Shown here in pieces: positions 1 to 7,019 of a stretch of 29,569 nt of DNA. Source of the DNA: an uncultured Candidatus Rokubacteria bacterium (lineage in GTDB: Bacteria > Methylomirabilota > Methylomirabilia > Rokubacteriales > CSP1-6). A program made the translations under genes and the position numbers. The notes beneath the pieces were generated by a model. It saw only the letters and a program-made list of their open reading frames with translations, ran no database searches and was not told where the DNA came from. Every line of letters starts with the position of its first letter. Position 1 is the first letter of the stretch. The DNA is taken from contig CAWBMV010000018.1 of NCBI GenBank assembly GCA_963789955.1, positions 1-29,569 of the forward strand, written 5' to 3'.

Positions 1-70
1 AGGGCCTGTATTCCTCGGGCACCAGGCCCGGTGGATAGTGCGTCGTTCCGATGCCCAAGATCTCACCCAT
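1..70 (-). CDS. 5' end of a putative class III (LigB-like) extradiol ring-cleavage dioxygenase; runs off the window
   Basis: Read by hand, absent from the ORF track. ATG at 70 gives MGEILGIGTTHYPPGLVPEEYRP, with GGAGG about 10 nt upstream. The N-terminal G-x-(S/T)-H-x-P pattern resembles LigB-fold enzymes. Confidence 0.5.
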   Translation of the reverse strand, partial: MGEILGIGTTHYPPGLVPEEYRP

Positions 71-174
71 GCCTGCCCGGCCTCCGTCTGCTTGCAGATG
101 ATCGTCTGAACGCCGATCGTGCGCAAGGCCGCGCGAGGCGCCAGCCGGCGACCCCCTATTGGGCGAGCGGGAGC

Positions 175-1203
175 CTATTTCCGGTCGATGGTGACCTCGG
201 GCGACCGCAATGTTCGACGACGTATCGACGTGCGCGCCGTCACCGCGTCGGTTGGCGAGGACGTGCCCATCGTCAGCACCGCGAAGCCGGCACCGACCCA
301 GAGGATCTCGCGAAGCCGCCGGACGATGGTGCAGGTGAGGGCGACCGCGCCGCCGATGCCGAACGCGGCGAAGATGGCCACGTAGGCGCCCTCGAGCGCG
401 CCCAGGCTGGCCGGGATCATGAAGCTGAAAAACCTCGCGGCGCTACCGAATGCCCCGATCGTCAGCGAAGCCGTCAGGGATATCGGGATTCCCAGCAGGC
501 GCAGCACCAGGTAGATTTCGAACGTCTCCAGGGCAGAGGCCAGGAAGTGACAGAACAGCGAGGCGAGGATCCGGGCGCGGCGCGCGCCGTACATCGCGCG
601 CAGAGCGCGGTCGAGTCCCTCCAGTACGGCCTGGCGTGCGAGCGTCGGAGCCATTCCGAGCTTCGCCATGAGGCGACCGCCTGCGCCGGCCACGCCCGCC
701 AATTGGACGGCAACGAATCCGGCGACGCAGAGGGTCTCGAGGACGAGCGCGCCGACCATCGTGCTCATCAGCGAATGTGTCAGCGGGAGCAAGGTCAGGC
801 CCGCCAGAAGTCCGGCAGCGAGCAGCACGACTTGAGAGGCTACGAGCGTGGTCTTGTCGGCGATCACGGAGGCGAACCCGTCCTGAAGAGGAGTGCCCGC
901 ACGAAGCAGATAGGCCTTGACGGGCTCGCCGCCGACCGATGCGGTCGGAGTGCTCAGATTGACCGCGTCCCCGGCCAGGCGCACGGCCAGCAACGTTGGA
1001 AACCGCGGAGGCGTCGTGAAGGTGAAGCGCCAGGCCAGGGTATCGAGAAGCACGATGACACACGCGGGGAACACGAGAAGCACGGGTAGCCACCACGACA
1101 GGCTGCTGAAGGCGTCCCACACAAGACCGGGGCCGATCTGCACGAGCAGGTAGCCGATGACCGCGAGTCCGGCGGCGAGCAGGAGCCATCGCGCCGCGGC
1201 CAT
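175..1203 (-). CDS. hpnL: HpnL-like / lysylphosphatidylglycerol synthase TM (flippase-like) membrane protein
   Basis: Likely start is ATG 1203 (MAAARWLLLAAG), 7 nt after the sat/cysC stop. Multi-TM protein with motifs RLAGDAVNLSTPTASVGGEPVKAYLL, IPASLGALEG and VRRLRE; hopanoid context. Confidence 0.7.
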   Translation of the reverse strand: MAAARWLLLAAGLAVIGYLLVQIGPGLVWDAFSSLSWWLPVLLVFPACVIVLLDTLAWRFTFTTPPRFPTLLAVRLAGDAVNLSTPTASVGGEPVKAYLLRAGTPLQDGFASVIADKTTLVASQVVLLAAGLLAGLTLLPLTHSLMSTMVGALVLETLCVAGFVAVQLAGVAGAGGRLMAKLGMAPTLARQAVLEGLDRALRAMYGARRARILASLFCHFLASALETFEIYLVLRLLGIPISLTASLTIGAFGSAARFFSFMIPASLGALEGAYVAIFAAFGIGGAVALTCTIVRRLREILWVGAGFAVLTMGTSSPTDAVTARTSIRRRTLRSPEVTIDRK

Positions 1204-1210
1204 GACTGCG

Positions 1211-2926
1211 CTACCGGACGAATCCCTGGCGCTCGAGATGCTCCAGGACGCGTCGGGCGTTCTGCTCGGGAGTCGAAACGACGGTGTCCAGCACGATCGT
1301 GGGATCCTCCGGGGCCTCGTACGGGTCATCGATGCCCGTGAATCCCGTGATCTCACCACGCCGGGCCTTGGCGTAAACGCCCTTGCTGTCGCGGCGCTCG
1401 CACACCTCGAGCGGAGTGTCGACGAAGACCTCCACGAAATGGTCGGAGCCAACCATGTGGCGCACCTCGTCGCGCGTGGCCCGATAAGGACTCACCGCCG
1501 CCGCCACTGCGACCCCGCCATGCCGGACGACTTCCGCGGCGACGAAGCCGATGCGCCGGATATTGGTGTCCCGATCGTCCTTGCTGAATCCCAGCCCCTT
1601 GGACAGATGCGTACGCACCACATCGCCATCGAGGACCGTGACCTGCCGGCCTCGCTCGAGCATGAGCATCGTGAGGATCTCCGCCGTGGTGGACTTCCCG
1701 GCACCGCTCAGGCCGGTGAACCACACGCACACACCCTGACGGTGTCGAGGGGGATAGGTATCCATGAGGATCTGCGCGACCTCGGGCCGGGTGAACCACG
1801 CGGGGAGCTTCTGACCGGCGCTGAGAAACTCCTCGCGGACCTGGGTGCCCGAGATGGAGGCGGTTCGCGCCGTCGGAGGTATGCGCGAGACCTCTTCATA
1901 GCGGTCTTCGTCCGGCAGATACATCATCTCGCCGAACGGCAGGACACCCATCCCGAGCTCCTGCGCGAAGCGCGTCACCAGCTCCTGGGCGTCGTAGGCT
2001 CCATAGAAAGGCTTGCCTGCCGAGTCGAAGCCCGGGCTCGCATGGTCGCGGCCGACGATGAAGTGGCTGGCGCCATAGTTCCGCCGAATCAAAGCGTGCC
2101 ACACCGCTTCGCGCGGCCCCGCCATGCGCATGGCCAGTGGGAGCAGGGCCAGAAGCACGCGGCCCGGCTCGTAGTAGCGGTCCACGAGCACCTTGTAGCT
2201 TCGCACCCGAGTGTAGTAGTCGACGTCGCCCGGTTTGGTCATACCCACCACCGGGTGGAGGAGGAGAACGCCCCCGACCGCGGCGGCGGCGCGCTTGGTG
2301 AGTTCCTCGTGCGCCCTGTGCAGTGGGTTGCGTGTCTGAAAGGCGACCACGGTGCCCGCGCCGAGCGCGTCGAGCGCGGCACGAGTCTGAGCCGGAGTAA
2401 GCCGCAGCTCGCGGAAGTCGTGGCGCTCCGGCAGGGCCAGAATCTGCAGGCGACCCGACAAGGCCACGTCGCCCCATCCCTCCATCTCGGCCACCAGCGG
2501 ATGGCGCACGTCCCGGCTGCCGACCACGTGCTGCGCCATCGCCGCGCGATCCCAGTCGTACGCCTGCTCGACGGTCATGATCCCCAGAAGCTCGTTGCGC
2601 GCGTCGCGGAGCGCGACATCGCGGTCGAGCCGCACCGCCGCCGTCCGCTCGACCGGAAGGATGACCGGAATCGGGAAGAGCTGACCGGTGGTCAGGCGCA
2701 TCTCATCGACGACGCGCGTGCAGTCCGCTTGCGACATGAAGCGGTCCAGCGGCGAGAACCCCCCGGTGGCCAGGAGCTCGAGATCGTAGAGAGCGCGCTC
2801 CGAGACCTGAACCGAGGGCAGCCGATTGGCCCGCGCATGCAGCTCGGGGCGGGCAGCTCCCGGGACGATCAAATCGATGAGGGTTCCGCCAACGGGCGCG
2901 ATGAGTTGGGAATTCGAAATAGTCAC
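1211..2926 (-). CDS. sat/cysC: Bifunctional sulfate adenylyltransferase / adenylylsulfate kinase (PAPS synthase)
   Basis: ATP sulfurylase motifs FQTRNPLHRAH, MRMAGPREA and GRDHA. C-terminal APS kinase with P-loop GLSGAGKSTTA, LDGDVVR and FTGIDDPYEAP. Start placed at GTG 2926 with GGAG 10 nt upstream. Confidence 0.95.
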   Translation of the reverse strand: MTISNSQLIAPVGGTLIDLIVPGAARPELHARANRLPSVQVSERALYDLELLATGGFSPLDRFMSQADCTRVVDEMRLTTGQLFPIPVILPVERTAAVRLDRDVALRDARNELLGIMTVEQAYDWDRAAMAQHVVGSRDVRHPLVAEMEGWGDVALSGRLQILALPERHDFRELRLTPAQTRAALDALGAGTVVAFQTRNPLHRAHEELTKRAAAAVGGVLLLHPVVGMTKPGDVDYYTRVRSYKVLVDRYYEPGRVLLALLPLAMRMAGPREAVWHALIRRNYGASHFIVGRDHASPGFDSAGKPFYGAYDAQELVTRFAQELGMGVLPFGEMMYLPDEDRYEEVSRIPPTARTASISGTQVREEFLSAGQKLPAWFTRPEVAQILMDTYPPRHRQGVCVWFTGLSGAGKSTTAEILTMLMLERGRQVTVLDGDVVRTHLSKGLGFSKDDRDTNIRRIGFVAAEVVRHGGVAVAAAVSPYRATRDEVRHMVGSDHFVEVFVDTPLEVCERRDSKGVYAKARRGEITGFTGIDDPYEAPEDPTIVLDTVVSTPEQNARRVLEHLERQGFVR

Positions 2927-2969
2927 GTTTGTCTGGCTCCCGGTGTTTGGATCGGCCCTGGGTGGTTCG

Positions 2970-4382
2970 TCATCCCCGACGGCCGAAGAAGCGAAAGAAC
3001 TCGATGCCTTCACGCATGCGCCGCCCTAGCATGTGCGGGTGGCGCACCGCCTCTCCGAGGAGGGACGCGATCTTGGTCGGCCGGAAGTAGAACCGCCGGT
3101 AGAGCGTCTCCACCGACCGTGAGATCTCATCGCTGCCGAGGTGCGGGTAGACGATCGCGCTCACCTGGCGGCCGGCGCCATCGATGAGCGCGTGCTCCTC
3201 TTGGAGCCAGCCCGCCTCGCGGGCCTGTTGATGGAGAGCCGTTCCGGGATACGGTGCGGCGATCGAGACCTGGATGGTGTGCGGGTCGATCTCCACGGCG
3301 AAACGAGCCGTCTGGGCGATCGTCTCGCTCGTCTCTCCGGGCAAGCCCAGGATGAACGTGCCGTGAATGGTGATGCCGAGGTCGTGGCAATCCCGCGTGA
3401 AGCGACGGGCGATGTCGAGCCGGACGCCCTTCTTCACGTTGTTCAAGATCTGCTGGTTGCCGGACTCGTAGCCCACGAGGAGGAGGCGCAGCCCGTTATC
3501 CCGGAGAACTTTGAGCGTCTCGCGAGGCACGTTCGCCTTGGCATTGCATGACCAGGTGACGCCGAGGTCACCCAGTCGCCTGGCGATCGCTTCCGCCCGA
3601 GGCAGGTCATCGGTGAACGTGTCGTCGTCGAAGAAGACCTCCTTCACCTGGGGGAAGTAGCGGTGGAGCAGGGTGATCTCCTCCACGACGTGGTCCACAC
3701 TGCGGGTGCGATAGCGCTGCCCGCCCACCGTCTGCGGCCAGAGGCAGAAGGTGCACTTCGAGCGGCAACCGCGGCCCGAGTAGAGGGACACGTAGGGATG
3801 GAGGAGATAGCCGATGAAGTAGTCCTCCACCCTGAGGTCACGGCGATAGACGTCGACGACGAAGGGCAACTGGTCGAGATCTTCGAGCACAGCCCGGTCG
3901 CGAGTGTGGGCGATCCCGCGGCCCGTCCGGAAGCTCAGGCCGTCGACGTCTTCCAGGCGGTGCCCCTCAGCGACCTCTTGCACCGTGAAATCGAACTCGG
4001 TGCGCGCCACGAAGTCGATTGCCGCCGAGCTCCGAAGCGACTCGACCGGATTGACCGCGACGTGAGCGCCCACGAATCCCAGCTTGAGCCGTGGATTCGT
4101 ATCCTTCAGCGCCTCGGCGACGCGTACGTCGGAGGGGAATGACGGCGTGCTGGTGTGGAGCACGACGAGCTCGTAGTCGCGGGCGAGGGGCAGGACGTCT
4201 TCGAGGCCGAGGCCGGCGGGAGGCGCGTCGACGAGCCGGCTGCCGGGCACGAGCGCTGCCGGCTGCGCGAGCCAGGTCGGGTACCAGAATGATCGGACCT
4301 CACGCCGCGCCTGATATCGCGAGCCGGCCCCGCCGTCGAATCCGTCGAGCGACGGCGGATGGAGAAAGAGCGTCTTCAGCAC
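2970..4382 (-). CDS. hpnJ: Hopanoid biosynthesis-associated radical SAM protein HpnJ
   Basis: N-terminal signature FDGGAGSRYQARREVRSFWYPTWLAQPAA and CxxxCxxC (CRSKCTFC); about 470 aa. GTG start overlaps the hpnI stop (GTGCTGA). Confidence 0.93.
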   Translation of the reverse strand: MLKTLFLHPPSLDGFDGGAGSRYQARREVRSFWYPTWLAQPAALVPGSRLVDAPPAGLGLEDVLPLARDYELVVLHTSTPSFPSDVRVAEALKDTNPRLKLGFVGAHVAVNPVESLRSSAAIDFVARTEFDFTVQEVAEGHRLEDVDGLSFRTGRGIAHTRDRAVLEDLDQLPFVVDVYRRDLRVEDYFIGYLLHPYVSLYSGRGCRSKCTFCLWPQTVGGQRYRTRSVDHVVEEITLLHRYFPQVKEVFFDDDTFTDDLPRAEAIARRLGDLGVTWSCNAKANVPRETLKVLRDNGLRLLLVGYESGNQQILNNVKKGVRLDIARRFTRDCHDLGITIHGTFILGLPGETSETIAQTARFAVEIDPHTIQVSIAAPYPGTALHQQAREAGWLQEEHALIDGAGRQVSAIVYPHLGSDEISRSVETLYRRFYFRPTKIASLLGEAVRHPHMLGRRMREGIEFFRFFGRRG

Positions 4383-5530
4383 GACGGAGCGCTCTTCACG
4401 CCGCCGGCGAGTCCCCCTGGTCCCACCGACATGCGCCGACCGCGCCATTCGACGCCGGAGCCGAAAAAGCTCGTCGCCCAGACGGCGAGCGACATCGCGT
4501 CGCGGAGCGGAACCAGCCACGGCGCGCGACCCACTCGAAGACCGAGATACGACGGCGCGAGAGCGTGGATGGCGAGCCGAAGAGTCACGGCGAGGCCCAG
4601 CATCACGGTGGATGCCGGCGAGAAGCCGGAGGCGATGGAGCAGGCGAACGCGAGAGGAAGCGTGTTGGTGAGGCACGAGAGCGTCCACCCGAGCGGTCTG
4701 ACCGACCGGACGACGCGCGCCCAGCGGACCTCGTGCGCGAAGAGCGCACGGATCCCGGGCTCGCTCACGATCATCTCCACGACGGTATCCGAGAGCACGA
4801 TTCGCTGACCGCGCTCGACCACGCGCGCGGCGAGCACGTAGTCGTCGGCGAGATAGGCGCTCAGCTTTTTGAAGCCCCCGAGGGCCTCGAGGGTTTCCCG
4901 GCGCAACGCCAAGGTCGAGCCAAAGCCGAACGGGCCCGCGCCGAAGGTGGCCGCGACCGACACGGCGGGCGCGAACCACTCGTTCACGTGCATCGCTCCG
5001 AGCGCTGACGGCAGGCCGCCCAGTGAGTGAGCACGATAGAGGCACGTCACGAGGCCGACCGCTGGATCGGCCAGCGGCGCCACCACGCCGGCGAGCCAGT
5101 CCGCGTCCACCCGCATGTCGCTGTCCGAAACGACGATGACGTCATGCTTGGCGTGCTCGTGCATATTCGCGAGGTTGCTGACCTTGGCGTTGGGGCCGGA
5201 CATACGACCGTCGACGACGAGCTCGAGCCGGCAGCGGTGTCCCTCGGCCGCGAGTCGATCGACCACCCCGGCCGCCGGATCATCGGGCGTCCGAACGCCG
5301 AACACGACTTCGTACTCCGGGTAGTCCTGCGTGCAGAACGACCGCAGGTTCTCTTCCAGCAACGGCTCGAGCCCGCAGAGCGGCTTCAGCACGGTGACCG
5401 GAGGACGCCAGCCGATCGCGGCGGGCCGGTGTCCGACGAGGCGCGCGACGCACCCGAGGACGACCGCCAGATAGACGACCGATAGCAGAGTCGCGACCGA
5501 AAGCAGGATCACCAGGCTCGCTCCACTCAT
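4376..5530 (-). CDS. hpnI: Bacteriohopanetetrol glucosamine biosynthesis glycosyltransferase HpnI (GT2/GT21-like)
   Basis: Motifs LKPLCGLEP-LEENLRSFCTQDYP, GPNAKVSNLAN, SDSD, LADDY and HEVRWAR; N- and C-terminal TM segments; coupled to hpnJ. Confidence 0.9.
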   Translation of the reverse strand: MSGASLVILLSVATLLSVVYLAVVLGCVARLVGHRPAAIGWRPPVTVLKPLCGLEPLLEENLRSFCTQDYPEYEVVFGVRTPDDPAAGVVDRLAAEGHRCRLELVVDGRMSGPNAKVSNLANMHEHAKHDVIVVSDSDMRVDADWLAGVVAPLADPAVGLVTCLYRAHSLGGLPSALGAMHVNEWFAPAVSVAATFGAGPFGFGSTLALRRETLEALGGFKKLSAYLADDYVLAARVVERGQRIVLSDTVVEMIVSEPGIRALFAHEVRWARVVRSVRPLGWTLSCLTNTLPLAFACSIASGFSPASTVMLGLAVTLRLAIHALAPSYLGLRVGRAPWLVPLRDAMSLAVWATSFFGSGVEWRGRRMSVGPGGLAGGVKSAPSC

Positions 5531-5572
5531 CGTCGCGTCCGCCGCTGGTGACCTGAGCAGGCGCGTCGAGCG

Positions 5573-6826
5573 CTATGTTGTGTGGGCACTCTCTTCTTTC
5601 ACGTCGAAGTACTCGCGATAGGTCTTGAAGAGGTGCGCGATCGCTCCGGGATCCAGCCCGAAGCTCTCCAGTGAGTAGCGGTGCGGTCCATGAAGATCTT
5701 TCGGATGGCTCGCCAGATGGGCTCGCATGCGCCGCTCCGCCTCGCCACCGAGGGTCCAGCCCAGACGGGCGTAGATCACTCGAATCAATCCGATGGGATC
5801 CCTGAGCAGATCGCGATACTGGACATCGATGAAACGTGCCGCGGTGTCGCCTTTGCTGCGTCGAAACTGCAGCGCGCGCTCCAGTCCGTTCGACCACTGA
5901 TAGGTCACCTCTCGCCCGATCTCGAGAGGATCCACCTCGTCGGCAAAGACTCCCCGCAGCACTGCGGTGAGGCTCGCCACGGACGCCAGCACCGTCGCGG
6001 GATCTCGGTGCGTCTGGACGACGAACGCGTCCGGATAGGTGCCGAAGAGCGCCTCGAGATTCCAGAGATGCGTGGGCGCCTTGAGGACCCAGCGCGCCCC
6101 GGGAGAGCGCGCCTGCAGATGCTGAAGGATGGTTCGGTGGAACTCGTACGCCGGCCGCTGGTCCTGCTGCTCGAGCCACGCCTGATACGAGGGCACACGA
6201 TAGTTCGTGTTGAAGCGCGAGCCTATGAACGAGAAGGCCAGCAGGGCGATGCACTCCAGCGGCAGCTCGGCTCCCAGCGGGTGGATGGTCTTGAACTCGG
6301 GAGCGAGCCGGTCGAACCATCGGAACTGCCGCCGAGCCGCCGCGATGCGCGGATCGGTCCGATCGGTCGTCGGGGCCGGCGGAGGCGATGGCGCGAGCAC
6401 CTCCCACGCTCGAACGACCCGGGTGTTCGGGTCTTGCGCGAGGAGGTGGTGGATCAGCGTGCTCCCAGTGCGCGGGAGCCCCGCGACGAAGAGCGGGCTC
6501 GCGATGTGCCCCTGCGCGATCTCGGGATAGAGAGCGCGGTCGCGGACCAGGCGCAGACGGTTGGCGAGGAGCGCACAGAAATCGTGGCGAGCGAGGATGC
6601 GGCCGAGCCACGACAGCCGAGCCTCGTGCTCGAGGCTGCTCAGCAACCGCCGAAGGGGGTCCCGGAAGTCTTGCGTGCCGAAGTCGTCGAGGTGCGTACG
6701 CTGCCGCGCCGTCTCGAGCAGCGCCTCGTCGTCCAAGCGTACCGGCGGCAACCCTAGACGATTCAGCGTCCGCCCGAGACGATTCACGACCTGAATAGCC
6801 GCATGCGCGGGCAGCTTCATCGGCAC
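5573..6826 (-). CDS. PAPS-dependent sulfotransferase (Sulfotransfer_3 / mycobacterial Stf-like)
   Basis: 5'-PSB loop GLPRTGSTLIHHLL, WVLKAPTH, and 3'-PB-like HRDPATVLAS; 417 aa. Start is GTG 6826 or ATG 6820. Confidence 0.9.
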   Translation of the reverse strand: MPMKLPAHAAIQVVNRLGRTLNRLGLPPVRLDDEALLETARQRTHLDDFGTQDFRDPLRRLLSSLEHEARLSWLGRILARHDFCALLANRLRLVRDRALYPEIAQGHIASPLFVAGLPRTGSTLIHHLLAQDPNTRVVRAWEVLAPSPPPAPTTDRTDPRIAAARRQFRWFDRLAPEFKTIHPLGAELPLECIALLAFSFIGSRFNTNYRVPSYQAWLEQQDQRPAYEFHRTILQHLQARSPGARWVLKAPTHLWNLEALFGTYPDAFVVQTHRDPATVLASVASLTAVLRGVFADEVDPLEIGREVTYQWSNGLERALQFRRSKGDTAARFIDVQYRDLLRDPIGLIRVIYARLGWTLGGEAERRMRAHLASHPKDLHGPHRYSLESFGLDPGAIAHLFKTYREYFDVKEESAHTT

Positions 6827-6832
6827 CAGGAG

Positions 6833-6838
6833 ATGCTA
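6833..6838 (-). promoter_or_regulatory. Putative -10 hexamer (TAGCAT) for a leaderless sulfotransferase-hpn transcript
   Basis: TAnnnT lies 6 nt upstream of GTG 6826, and there is no Shine-Dalgarno sequence. Confidence 0.4.
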
Positions 6839-7019
6839 TGGGGATCTGAGGCTATGCCTAGCTGGACTTTGGTCGCATCGGACGTCCGGACCAGCTGGTG
6901 TAACATTGGGGTCTTGATCTCGCACCCGATCGCGATGAGGCTGTCAGCAGACCGACCGTGACCACCGTCGCATTCGACGAGGCGCTCTCCCGAGCTCCTC
7001 GGATGGAATCATCGAGGCG

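Noticed and set aside
1157..3187. 676-aa plus-strand ORF and other long antisense or alternate-frame ORFs (e.g. 14800-16986, 7365-8912, 5280-6611)
   Set aside because: Shadow ORFs over well-supported genes, expected in high-GC DNA; no recognisable motifs.
4383..5045. Long N-terminal extension on HpnJ (also on hpnL, the first DUF2846 gene, the LLM gene, CMD and dctQ)
   Set aside because: These extensions overlap the upstream genes; family N-termini, SD sites or stop-start overlaps define shorter starts.
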